Source of the DNA: a virus
Length of the DNA: 64,000 nt
IMG/VR virus record: IMGVR_UViG_3300019776_000365
Location: 1-64,000 of that record
Direction: 5' to 3' (one strand)
Shown: positions 48,943 to 58,394 of the stretch, in pieces
Position numbering within the stretch: the stretch's first letter is position 1
Layout: the number at the start of each line of letters is the position of its first letter
Notes under the pieces: generated by a model
Told to the model about the DNA's origin: nothing
Databases searched by the model: none
Seen by the model: only the letters and a program-made list of their open reading frames with translations
Made by a program: the position numbers and the translations under genes

Positions 48943-49397
48943 TATTTTAGTGATTTAATTATATCAATACACTCATTTATATGTTTTTGACTATGAGGCT
49001 CTAAAAACACTGGTTTTTCTGGTAATAGTGGGTAATTGTCTTCAATCCATTTAATGAACATCTTCCTTACTAATGGATATGTATCATTACCTCTACCTTT
49101 ACATTCCACAAAGATAACATAATTATCTTTCCTAACAACAAAATCTGGTGTATAAACTTTCTTTTGTGCATTTTTACGCTCTTTTAACGTCTTGGTATCT
49201 ACACCAGTGTCATTTGGTCTTACTACCAATGCTTCGACTATATCATATTTGGGTATTAATTCAAAAGACTCTTTGTTATAAGTGAAGGAGAGATTACTCT
49301 CCTTCAACTTTTTATAACAATATAGCTCTAATTTACTATCAAAATTAACACCATCAAAGCTTACTTTTGTTGCATTTCTTACTTTTTTATTTATCAT
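48942..49397 (-). CDS. PD-(D/E)XK endonuclease (DUF1064/resolvase-like)
   Basis: DGVNFDSKLE, YTPDF, VECKG. Confidence 0.8.
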   Translation of the reverse strand: MINKKVRNATKVSFDGVNFDSKLELYCYKKLKESNLSFTYNKESFELIPKYDIVEALVVRPNDTGVDTKTLKERKNAQKKVYTPDFVVRKDNYVIFVECKGRGNDTYPLVRKMFIKWIEDNYPLLPEKPVFLEPHSQKHINECIDIIKSLK

Positions 49398-49719
49398 TAG
49401 TTTTTATTAAATTAAGTCCAACAACCAATGCTGCTTCTAGTGCATCTTCATATGAATCGAATATTTTTTGCTCATTTATATAGCCGTAAATCCACCCATA
49501 AGAGTTTATAAACGCAACATATTTACCTTTTATTCCAGCGGTATCTACCAATAGATTAACATCATGCACTTCTCTCAACCATTTTTGCAATAAAGATTGG
49601 GTTGGATTTAAATTGTCACAGATGCATTCTGGAAATCCACCACATTTACATACTTTAATATCAAGCCCCTTCTCTTTAGCTAATTCAGCTGTTTCAAAAC
49701 TTATTAATTGTTCCTTCAT
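49387..49719 (-). CDS. MKEQ-family hypothetical protein, copy 3 (divergent)
   Basis: MKEQLISFETAELAKEKG...PTQSLLQKWLREVH...YEDALEAAL. Confidence 0.7.
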   Translation of the reverse strand: MKEQLISFETAELAKEKGLDIKVCKCGGFPECICDNLNPTQSLLQKWLREVHDVNLLVDTAGIKGKYVAFINSYGWIYGYINEQKIFDSYEDALEAALVVGLNLIKTNDK

Positions 49720-49720
49720 A

Positions 49721-51139
49721 TTAATACAGTATTAATGGCGTTTTAAATATTTGTTTTGAGTCTTCTATTAGATCAAAATATCCATAGTTATCATTAAATA
49801 GATTGTTGCATCTAGTAAAATAAGTAGATCTTTCATTTATATAATCTAATAAATAAACAGATTCTTGCCCATTTGTTACAAGAATAATGTCTTCTAACGA
49901 TGTTTTAACTCCTTGCTTATACTCAACCTCTTCTGCATATTTTAAAATACTCATGCAAATAAACAACCAGTTAATAATTTTATATTTATTCAAAGTAGCA
50001 TTATGCATTCTAAATTCAACAGTTTTACCGCCATTACCAAACAACAAATTGATAAAATTAATTGCATAATATCTGCGATTTATCTCCCATTTGCGATTTC
50101 TATCTGGATCTGATGGGTGAGGGTCATAAAATCCATTGAATTCAAAACCATCTTCTCCAGATAAATATTCATACAGCTTATCAAATTCTTCAAATTGAAG
50201 ATCATCTGGCAATCTTTTGCAGTAATCCTTACCATGGCTTTTATATTCAGCGGTGTTAAAAATAGATCTTGGCATAATTGAAGATAAATCATCTTGAATG
50301 TCCACTAGAATATTATAAAGATTCATAATTTTACACTTATCTAATGGGAATCCACCTAAATGCAAATGCACCGAGCATTCTTTGTCAATAAGACATTTAT
50401 CATTAAGCTCGTCCAATTGGTTTAATAATAGATTTACACCATCTTTACCTTGCATTGGAATAGTTGTATACTCATGGCCATTAATAGAGCCATCCCTAAG
50501 TGGAATCAACCCTAATTGTTTGCATGTAAACTCTGGAATTAACCCACTAGATGTCTCAAACTCAAAGCCAAATGAATATTTATCTAGCAAATCAAACCAA
50601 TTATTATAATCGAACTTAGCTTTTGTATATTTAGAATTGTTAATATCTTTAAATAAACTTATAATCTTATCAGAATTATACACCCTTTCAAAAGAATAAT
50701 AATATTTATTATGGTAGGTTTTTCTTGATAAGTCATACCCAGAATACATTGCAGCTTTATAGTCAAAATACTCGCCCCTATTGCCAATATAAATCTTTGG
50801 AATAGAATCAAACACATTCATATTTATAACAGAAACATTTCCATTTCCATATGTTTGTATTTTAATATCAATTGATTTATCTTTCTCAAATCTACCAAAT
50901 ACATATTTATTATAGTCTTGTTTATATTCAACAATACCTATAGTTGTATTCTCTGTAGTCTTTAAATATCTTTGCAGTTCATTGTTGAAATAAATTTTTG
51001 GATTACCTTTTCTATACCACTTGCCATCAATATTAAAACAGTCAACATTCTTTTCAAAGAAATAATCGCCAATTTTAATACAGTCTTTTCTTAAAACCTC
51101 TTTACCTGATATTGTTGTTACAAAATTTACTTGTGCCAT
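49721..51139 (-). CDS. putative amidoligase (COOH-NH2 ligase fold)
   Basis: FGFEFET, DGSI..HEY, CSVHLH, RYYAINF and TVEFR motifs. Confidence 0.85.
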   Translation of the reverse strand: MAQVNFVTTISGKEVLRKDCIKIGDYFFEKNVDCFNIDGKWYRKGNPKIYFNNELQRYLKTTENTTIGIVEYKQDYNKYVFGRFEKDKSIDIKIQTYGNGNVSVINMNVFDSIPKIYIGNRGEYFDYKAAMYSGYDLSRKTYHNKYYYSFERVYNSDKIISLFKDINNSKYTKAKFDYNNWFDLLDKYSFGFEFETSSGLIPEFTCKQLGLIPLRDGSINGHEYTTIPMQGKDGVNLLLNQLDELNDKCLIDKECSVHLHLGGFPLDKCKIMNLYNILVDIQDDLSSIMPRSIFNTAEYKSHGKDYCKRLPDDLQFEEFDKLYEYLSGEDGFEFNGFYDPHPSDPDRNRKWEINRRYYAINFINLLFGNGGKTVEFRMHNATLNKYKIINWLFICMSILKYAEEVEYKQGVKTSLEDIILVTNGQESVYLLDYINERSTYFTRCNNLFNDNYGYFDLIEDSKQIFKTPLILY

Positions 51140-51162
51140 TTTATTATTTGTAATTTAATTAA

Positions 51163-52626
51163 TTATAGAAATCTTACTATCTCATCTGCTATCATTTCTT
51201 CTAGCATTTCATCGCTAATCATACCCATTCTAATTCTAGAGTCAAGTAAAAGTGAATCTTTAGTTTGCTCATAAGATGGAATTCCAGCAGTTTTAAATTT
51301 ATTAAACTCTGTAATTTCACCATTACTGTTGCATTTATAAATCTCTTTGTCTAATGTGAAATATACCTGAAAAACACCACAGAATGGTAATATTGATTTA
51401 GTTGATGTATCAAAATGGTACATCTGATAGTCATTAGCACTGATTTCAAATGGTACTGGATGTACAGCAAATGGAGCTAAAAACACATCAATAAAATCAT
51501 CGTCAGATTCTTGCTCTAATGCACTAATATATGCGTTTGCGCATAAATAGTCAAAATAGCTTTTAATCATAACTCCATCAATAAAGTAATAAGTAGATCC
51601 ATAGGTTTCTGAATTAATTTCGTAACCACTATTGCTTAGCTTATACTCACCATTAGCTTTTTTATTATTAATGTAATAATACCCATCTGAAGATATTCCC
51701 ATTTTTTTATTAACAAAAAGCTTTTGAGCTCGTATTTTATTTACAAATTCTTTCTCTGTTGGCTGGTTTGTACTGTGTTTGCTATTATAATACCCACCAT
51801 AATCATAATCATCATAATCTTCATAAGAACCAAATGGCAGATATCTTTGACCAACAGTGCTTTTATAAGACAATTGTTTTGTTTGTTTTCTTTTAGATCT
51901 ATCAATCTCTATTGTAGATTCAATATTACCGTTTTTAATTTTATAAAGAGTGTTACACTCCATGTCAACAATAGTATCATTGTCGTCCATTATGAATTCT
52001 AATGAGTTTTCCATTGATGAAAACCAAAATGAATTCTTATGATTAATAAAATATAACGGTCTTTCTTCATATAGTTTATCATCATTTTTATAAAACAATG
52101 ACGCACCCTTGAAGATAAATACTGTATTTAGATCTACACGACTATCCCAAAAAACAAAAGCACCAGCACCTTCATATTCTGATAATACCTTAAAGCCAGC
52201 TTTATAAACTATTTTACAAAATATTTGAGAGTCAGTTTCGTGATTGCTATATGCAACATCATATGTATTTGCAAGTTCTTCATAGTTAATTAAAGTGCCA
52301 TTATGAATCATAGCAAATACAGGCTTGTCGTTCTCATATATAACCACTGGTTGAGCTTGTTGTAGTCCTATAGCGCCTACTGATGCTTTTCTACAATGAC
52401 CTAGAGCTATTGTTGGTTTACCTATTTTTGCATCAATAAATAAACCATTTTCTACAAAATCTTTGAATTTTTTGTTTTTATCAGCACCATAAGCTACATC
52501 TGTTTTTAATTTACCGTGATGAAACACCCCACATGAATCACCACCTCTAGCGTCATTGTACAACCCTAATACTTTGAATTTATTTTTATCGTAATTTGTT
52601 CCAATATGTCCAAAAATTCCACACAT
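51163..52626 (-). CDS. class II (Ntn) glutamine amidotransferase
   Basis: MCGIFG, RGGDSCG, GHCRKAS, HNGTL, ETDS. Confidence 0.92.
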   Translation of the reverse strand: MCGIFGHIGTNYDKNKFKVLGLYNDARGGDSCGVFHHGKLKTDVAYGADKNKKFKDFVENGLFIDAKIGKPTIALGHCRKASVGAIGLQQAQPVVIYENDKPVFAMIHNGTLINYEELANTYDVAYSNHETDSQIFCKIVYKAGFKVLSEYEGAGAFVFWDSRVDLNTVFIFKGASLFYKNDDKLYEERPLYFINHKNSFWFSSMENSLEFIMDDNDTIVDMECNTLYKIKNGNIESTIEIDRSKRKQTKQLSYKSTVGQRYLPFGSYEDYDDYDYGGYYNSKHSTNQPTEKEFVNKIRAQKLFVNKKMGISSDGYYYINNKKANGEYKLSNSGYEINSETYGSTYYFIDGVMIKSYFDYLCANAYISALEQESDDDFIDVFLAPFAVHPVPFEISANDYQMYHFDTSTKSILPFCGVFQVYFTLDKEIYKCNSNGEITEFNKFKTAGIPSYEQTKDSLLLDSRIRMGMISDEMLEEMIADEIVRFL

Positions 52627-52663
52627 AAGTTAATTGTTGTTAATTTATAATACTTAATAGTTT

Positions 52664-52700
52664 AAAAAAAAAGAAACGCCTAGTTTTTACGCTAGGCGTT
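52664..52700 (-). terminator. intrinsic terminator inside the amidoligase cluster
   Basis: AACGCCTAG/CTAGGCGTT stem followed on the - strand by TC and 9 T. Confidence 0.8.
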
Positions 52701-52707
52701 ATTGCAA

Positions 52708-53526
52708 TTACATAATAGCTTCTTCTTGATAGATTTTGAATTTACTTATAATTGATTTAGCTAAATCCCTATCACCAGTATTAATACACTGAATAATATC
52801 GTTTTTAGCTTCATTAATGGCATCGAGTCCAAACTCATTAAGATATTCAATAGCCATTAAAGTTCTGTCTAACGACCATTTAAACAGTTCTCTTGAGCTG
52901 ATAAAATGACCAGAAAGAACTCTATATTCGCATCCGAATGGAGTTAGCCTGAAGCATCCAGCCTTACCATACAATCTACGTCTATTCATGTCACCATCAA
53001 GAAGCGCAGATGGCACCCCAACGAATAAATCCATTGCTTTAATTAGGTTTAAAGATGCATTTGGGTTAAAATCATCATATCCAACATGGATGTGACATCC
53101 CGCCGATCTAAGGTTTGTATTTTGACCGTTCGGCTTTTCGTTTTTGTTTGCAGTCCATGCATTATAGTCTGGATCACAACCGAACATTTTAGATTCATCT
53201 GATTGTAGCTGGTCATCAGCAAACACACCAGAAGCCGCATATACTGGTTTTAAATTAAATGAGCTAAGATATTCAGTAATATACGATTTCATTAGCTCTA
53301 CATTATCCGCCACAACTGATGGGCTACTATGTGGTGGTACATTAAACTCACCTAACACATTATCTACCTGAATTGCATATCCTTTGCCTAGTGATAATAT
53401 GTGAGATGGTTCATCTTTAGTTCCTTGAATAATACCAATAGAACTAATTAGTTTGCCATTATTGTCTGAAATGAAAAACTCTGGATCTGTGCCTAATGTT
53501 ACGTTTTTATATTGAAATGGTTTCAT
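52708..53526 (-). CDS. phiEco32-like COOH-NH2 ligase type 2
   Basis: LGTDPEFF, DNV..EFN, FGCDPDYNAW, RSAG.HIH.G, RRRLYGKAG.FR, EYR.LS. Confidence 0.92.
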   Translation of the reverse strand: MKPFQYKNVTLGTDPEFFISDNNGKLISSIGIIQGTKDEPSHILSLGKGYAIQVDNVLGEFNVPPHSSPSVVADNVELMKSYITEYLSSFNLKPVYAASGVFADDQLQSDESKMFGCDPDYNAWTANKNEKPNGQNTNLRSAGCHIHVGYDDFNPNASLNLIKAMDLFVGVPSALLDGDMNRRRLYGKAGCFRLTPFGCEYRVLSGHFISSRELFKWSLDRTLMAIEYLNEFGLDAINEAKNDIIQCINTGDRDLAKSIISKFKIYQEEAIM

Positions 53527-53560
53527 TTTATTTTATTTTAATAATTAATAAATAACTGTT

Positions 53561-53746
53561 TTAAATTCTTCCACCAATAATATCGCCATTATTTCTTACA
53601 GCTATATATAATTGATCTGGAATAAAAGCATTTTCCCATATTGGATCTATACCCATTGGTTGTCCTTGTAATTTAATATGTTTTCTAACATTTCCCAAGG
53701 CAGCCATCATTTTCTCTGCGTCAAATTTTACATCTTTTACTTCCAC
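53561..53746 (-). CDS. small hypothetical protein in the amidoligase cluster
   Basis: 61-aa ORF overlapping the upstream gene end. Confidence 0.5.
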   Translation of the reverse strand: MEVKDVKFDAEKMMAALGNVRKHIKLQGQPMGIDPIWENAFIPDQLYIAVRNNGDIIGGRI

Positions 53747-54423
53747 TTCTTTTTGTGGTTTAGCTGGCTTTTAGGCTGTTCTTTTTTAACCACATCATCA
53801 AGAAGTTCATTTACCAACATATTGATAAACTTAACAGCTTCTGACTTTTTAGGCATATATTCAGGATGACCTTGAATACACAAGCAATTTGTTTTATTAT
53901 AATAAACAATCTCTGGTTCTACGAAATTATCCGGCAATTTTTTCTCGTTATCCCATCCATCTAAATATGTTTTAGATAGATTTTTTGAAGATTTTGCAAT
54001 AATCGTATAGTCAGATGGATTCATATCAAATGGATACATCATTTGATGATGTGTACTAGTGATATTAAATTTAATATTAGCACCCAACACTTCAATTTCG
54101 TGGTCGCCATTGCAATGCCCAGTAGTGTGTTGCACTAATTTACCCCCAGATTTAGCTGTGCAAAATTGACTTCCACGGCATATTCCAACTATTATTTTCC
54201 CCAAATTAACAGCTTTTTCAAATTCTTCAATTTCATGAAGATCTCTAGATGTGTTATAATACGTTTGTTTACCTTTTGGTTCGTCATATAATGATGGATG
54301 TACATCTTCTCCGCCTGTAAATATAACTAAATCAGCCAACTCCATGTCGTCAACCAATTCAAATTTACATGTTAGAAAATTAGCATAATTTGTTGCACCA
54401 CTTACTACATATACTTTTATCAT
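53737..54423 (-). CDS. class I glutamine amidotransferase / peptidase C26-like
   Basis: FTGGEDV.P..Y, GICRGSQ, STHHQ, QGHPE. Confidence 0.9.
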   Translation of the reverse strand: MIKVYVVSGATNYANFLTCKFELVDDMELADLVIFTGGEDVHPSLYDEPKGKQTYYNTSRDLHEIEEFEKAVNLGKIIVGICRGSQFCTAKSGGKLVQHTTGHCNGDHEIEVLGANIKFNITSTHHQMMYPFDMNPSDYTIIAKSSKNLSKTYLDGWDNEKKLPDNFVEPEIVYYNKTNCLCIQGHPEYMPKKSEAVKFINMLVNELLDDVVKKEQPKSQLNHKKKWK

Positions 54424-55187
54424 AATCCAATAATTTTTTTATTATTTTTTAATAGTTTTAATGTCTTTTTATCTATTGTGTTTGTTTTCATTAAATCTAC
54501 AAACTGGTCGCTTTCTTCATAGTCACGAAACACCTCAAGTTTACCTCTATAGCTATCATCTAGTTGAATAGATTTTCCCACTTTATTAACATCCTTGTCG
54601 TTTATATTCTTGATTATATCTATATCAGTAATTGTTGATTTCGCTCCAAAAGAAGTGCATTCGTGAATACCTGAATTAAAACCTGGCATAATACTATTAG
54701 CCAATACGTATCTTTTAGATAAACTCAATCTTTTAAATCCACAGGTATTTTTCATAGCAAAAGCAAGTTTAACTGGGGCTAATACTTTCATCTCATATAG
54801 ATTCCTAACCATAGTTAATGCTAGTTTAATCTTATAATGAGACATATTCTCAAAATCAGAATGTACCACTATGAATTTACCATGAACACCATCACTAGGA
54901 AAATTATCTTTAATTTCAAATTTGAATTTAGTTAATTTAGTTACCCATTGTAGATATTCTTTTATTTCGTCCATAGTTAATGGGCAATAGTTGTTTAGAT
55001 TTTCATCTAAATCACTTTCATCTAATCTAACTAAAACCCCAAAATAACCATTATTGTTTTTTGGTTTAAAAGAATCACCCCCACTAAACGCTCTACTAAA
55101 ACATGCTGAATTTACAAATATTTTTTCTTCACCACCATTTACTTTGTAGTAATATGTAGTTGAATATGACAGAAATTTAATATTCAT
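54420..55187 (-). CDS. hypothetical protein in the amidoligase cluster
   Basis: 255-aa ORF coupled to both neighbours. Confidence 0.7.
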   Translation of the reverse strand: MNIKFLSYSTTYYYKVNGGEEKIFVNSACFSRAFSGGDSFKPKNNNGYFGVLVRLDESDLDENLNNYCPLTMDEIKEYLQWVTKLTKFKFEIKDNFPSDGVHGKFIVVHSDFENMSHYKIKLALTMVRNLYEMKVLAPVKLAFAMKNTCGFKRLSLSKRYVLANSIMPGFNSGIHECTSFGAKSTITDIDIIKNINDKDVNKVGKSIQLDDSYRGKLEVFRDYEESDQFVDLMKTNTIDKKTLKLLKNNKKIIGL

Positions 55188-55189
55188 CT

Positions 55190-55966
55190 TTAAACCATTT
55201 TTTTAAGTTGTTCAATATATTTTTCTAATGTTATATCTCCAAGTGAGCTTGCGGAGTTTGTTTCTAAAATAATAAAGTAAGGTTCAAAATCATCTTTTTT
55301 GTTTTTTTCTGTTTGAACCTTAACATCACATGAGCAAATATCTAAACCTACCGCTTGCATAGCTTTAACGCATTCTTCAACTATTTTATCCCAGTTTTTA
55401 GGTTTTTCAAATAAATCATTGTCTTCAAGAATCCATACTGAATTCATGTCGTGTCTATGCCATCTAACTTCTGCATCATTTTTAAGCATTTTACGACATG
55501 TGTAAAAGCAACCATCTTTAGTTACGTGCAAACGATACTCTTTAGTGCAATTATAATATTTTTCAATAATATAATTTCCTACATTATGATTAGCTACAAA
55601 TTCAGATAATTTTTCTTGATTTTCTATATAGAAAATACCATTACCTTTTGAGCTATTCTTATGTTTGATGATTGCTGGGAATATATCCCAATTAAATTCA
55701 GCATTATTGAAATATAATGGAGACCATTCTGCTGACTTTATTTTATGATAATCAAACCATCCCTTCATTATAATCTTATCACCACTTTTTGCACAAGCTT
55801 CTGCTGTGTTTATCTCACGAATTGGCTTACCTAACTTAACTCCTTTTGGGAATATCTTTTCAGTTGGTGTTGTTGAGCCCATTCGTAATACAGTTCTAAC
55901 ATCGCAATCTATTAGATTCTTCAGTGGCTTTGCTGAGTAATTTCTACTTCTAATTTGTAATTTCAT
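55190..55966 (-). CDS. ATP-grasp peptide ligase (RimK-like)
   Basis: DK..MK, FPAIIK...SSKGNGI, EKY...EYRLHV, GLDI...DV, ETNSA. Start placed at ATG 55966. Confidence 0.88.
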   Translation of the reverse strand: MKLQIRSRNYSAKPLKNLIDCDVRTVLRMGSTTPTEKIFPKGVKLGKPIREINTAEACAKSGDKIIMKGWFDYHKIKSAEWSPLYFNNAEFNWDIFPAIIKHKNSSKGNGIFYIENQEKLSEFVANHNVGNYIIEKYYNCTKEYRLHVTKDGCFYTCRKMLKNDAEVRWHRHDMNSVWILEDNDLFEKPKNWDKIVEECVKAMQAVGLDICSCDVKVQTEKNKKDDFEPYFIILETNSASSLGDITLEKYIEQLKKMV

Positions 55967-55974
55967 TTTATCAT

Positions 55975-56003
55975 AAAAATAAAGGGCTATATTTCTATAG
56001 CCC
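55975..56003 (-). terminator. terminator-like hairpin just upstream of the ATP-grasp gene
   Basis: GGGCTATA/TATAGCCC stem followed on the - strand by TTTATTTTT. Confidence 0.7.
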
Positions 56004-56014
56004 AATTAATAATT

Positions 56015-56233
56015 TCAATACAATTCTTTAACTTTGTTATATACTAGATTAGCTAAATCCTTTGTAGATAACCTCATATACATACCAAATTGGTTACAAC
56101 CTTTGGCTGCATTTGTTGATTTTATGATCCAATACAATTCCCATCTGCTAAGAGATGAAAATCTTCTAGCACTTAAATTAGAAAGAAATGGAAATCTTTG
56201 AATTAACTTATTAAACAAAACTGCTTTTTTCAT
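56015..56233 (-). CDS. hypothetical protein (TGA stop)
   Basis: 72-aa ORF. Confidence 0.55.
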   Translation of the reverse strand: MKKAVLFNKLIQRFPFLSNLSARRFSSLSRWELYWIIKSTNAAKGCNQFGMYMRLSTKDLANLVYNKVKELY

Positions 56234-56235
56234 AA

Positions 56236-57243
56236 TTATTTTATTAAATTAAAAATTGTTTCTTTGAATATCTTTTCACCATGATTTCTATAAAGATCAA
56301 ATGAATCTTTTGATAGTAATTTAGTTGGTATTTCTATTTGAGGTAACTTAAACTCATTTGCTATTTTAGCACCATAAATTCTACCGTGATTTTCATCTTT
56401 ATCAAAATCATTGTCATATAATACAAAAATGTTTTTAAATCTACTTTTTAGTTCATCTACTACTTGTTTTTTAGGAAATCCACTTTCTGACTGTAATGAT
56501 GTGCATGGTATCCCAGCATGTTTCCATATAGTTAATGCGTCTTTTCTTGATTTGGTTATAATCAACACATCACCAGTAGATGGTAGCTGCTGCCATAAGT
56601 CCCATACGCCATCCTTGTGAGATGTAAGCCATTTAAAACACTTGCTGTATGGTTGATATGTCTTTATAGTTTGAATATTATCCTTAGCTTCTAAATAAGC
56701 ATACGCCAATCTATCCGCTGGTATAATTGATTCTTTTAAATCACCAAATCTATCTATTCTTTTATAGAATATATGAGTTATTGGATATACATTGCCAAAT
56801 CTAAGAAAATCCTCATCTAAACCACCTTGCATCCAAAACTCATTGTCATAGCTTCTGAATTTTCTAATTTTAACATTAAGTTCTACGTTTGAACTATATA
56901 CTTTGTGTTGTGATTTTTGCTTTTTGATTTTATCTGGTTTTTCATCTAATGATTCTATGATATCTTTATGAATTTTCTCAACACACGATTGAAATGGAAG
57001 CTTCCATGTTTTAATAAAAATATCAATTAATCCGCCATACTCGTCTGTGCTAAAATCATGAAATATTATTCTATTAGATGAATTGTAGTATAGCCCAAAG
57101 GAAGGACTTTTATCCTCCCTAAATGGGCTATTGATTACAACAGGTATTCTATCTATATCAAAGTAAAAAGACAATATATCAAATTCTGTTTTGTAGTCAA
57201 ATATATCACTTAATGATATTGTTTTACTTCCTTTAGATATCAT
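56236..57243 (-). CDS. DnaG-type DNA primase (TOPRIM)
   Basis: SPFREDKSPSF, DF...G, ITKSRKDA, LYDND. Confidence 0.88.
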   Translation of the reverse strand: MISKGSKTISLSDIFDYKTEFDILSFYFDIDRIPVVINSPFREDKSPSFGLYYNSSNRIIFHDFSTDEYGGLIDIFIKTWKLPFQSCVEKIHKDIIESLDEKPDKIKKQKSQHKVYSSNVELNVKIRKFRSYDNEFWMQGGLDEDFLRFGNVYPITHIFYKRIDRFGDLKESIIPADRLAYAYLEAKDNIQTIKTYQPYSKCFKWLTSHKDGVWDLWQQLPSTGDVLIITKSRKDALTIWKHAGIPCTSLQSESGFPKKQVVDELKSRFKNIFVLYDNDFDKDENHGRIYGAKIANEFKLPQIEIPTKLLSKDSFDLYRNHGEKIFKETIFNLIK

Positions 57244-57246
57244 TTA

Positions 57247-58203
57247 TTAAAATGGTAAATCATCTTTATTTACTGGCCATGCATTAACTTCTTGCCTTAC
57301 TTCTTTTGCTGGTTCTTGAGCGCCTCCCCATACATCCTCTGATGCGTCTTGTTTAACAAAATCAGTCGCCTTAAGCTCGTATTGCTTAAAATCTGTAGTT
57401 TTACCAAAGTCTACGTTAGGATATGAACCATTATCTTGTTTTTCTTTGATTTGCTTCATGGTATAGTCATACTTTTTAGTAGCAAATCTCATTGGGAATT
57501 CTTTGGCAAATTGCTGATAAAGCTTATTGTCGTCTGTTGATTTAACTCCACATACAAGCTTAACCCTGTTGTCTGGGTTAATACCAATAGCATCTTTTAC
57601 ACACTTAATATTACCCTTAAGTAATTCTTTAATTTCCGCAGCCTCAAATTGACATTCAGCATCTTCTGGTTTGTCAATTTCTACTCTAGACCAAGAACCA
57701 TCGTCATTCTTTTTAGGTCTCATACGGTCTGGAATTGATAGAAATGCTTTAATAAAGTTAGTAAAATCAACTTCTCCAACAAAAGCGGGGCGCATACCCT
57801 TGGTTGGAAACCAACTCATATTTTCAGGCATCTTACCAGATTTTGCATTATCTACTGGTATATAAGAAGATTCGCCATATGCATTAATTACTTGAATTTT
57901 AAGACCATCATTACTGTATTTTACCTTATTGCTTATGAAATACATAATACGATCTTTCATCTGAATTTTCTCATCATCACCTGCATATTCAAGAATAAAT
58001 TTAATCTCCGCTTGATCTACACCATCTTTGTTTTTAATATATTCTGGTTCATTTTCGATCTCACGACCATAAATATCAGACATTTCTTTTGCTGTAGGAT
58101 TAATTGAAATTACTTTAAATGGAGCTACACCTGTATAGCGAGCAAAGTTGTTTCCTGTTGTTGATTCTGCGTTGTTTGTTTGATTACCTTTAGAAAATGC
58201 CAT
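57247..58203 (-). CDS. single-stranded DNA-binding protein (crAss-type)
   Basis: YTGV...V..INP motif, acidic DDLPF tail, next to primase. Confidence 0.75.
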   Translation of the reverse strand: MAFSKGNQTNNAESTTGNNFARYTGVAPFKVISINPTAKEMSDIYGREIENEPEYIKNKDGVDQAEIKFILEYAGDDEKIQMKDRIMYFISNKVKYSNDGLKIQVINAYGESSYIPVDNAKSGKMPENMSWFPTKGMRPAFVGEVDFTNFIKAFLSIPDRMRPKKNDDGSWSRVEIDKPEDAECQFEAAEIKELLKGNIKCVKDAIGINPDNRVKLVCGVKSTDDNKLYQQFAKEFPMRFATKKYDYTMKQIKEKQDNGSYPNVDFGKTTDFKQYELKATDFVKQDASEDVWGGAQEPAKEVRQEVNAWPVNKDDLPF

Positions 58204-58208
58204 AATTT

Positions 58209-58388
58209 TTATTTTTTAATTTGGTTAATTGTTTTGTTTATTTCTAAAATTTGATTCTGTAAATCTTTAATTTGTTTGTCCATTTCCCCTACTATCTTGC
58301 TTCTTTTTACTTGCAAGCAAACTACTTTTGCATATAGCTTTTGTTTTGATTTTTCAAGTAATATCTCTTGAGTTTTTACTATAGACAT
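58209..58388 (-). CDS. small coiled-coil protein (59 aa)
   Basis: MSIVKTQEILL... fills the gap between SSB and the Thg1-like gene. Confidence 0.5.
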   Translation of the reverse strand: MSIVKTQEILLEKSKQKLYAKVVCLQVKRSKIVGEMDKQIKDLQNQILEINKTINQIKK

Positions 58389-58394
58389 AATTGT

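Noticed and set aside
55967-56005. TTG start extending the ATP-grasp ORF
   Set aside because: It runs through a terminator-like hairpin. ATG 55966 is preferred.
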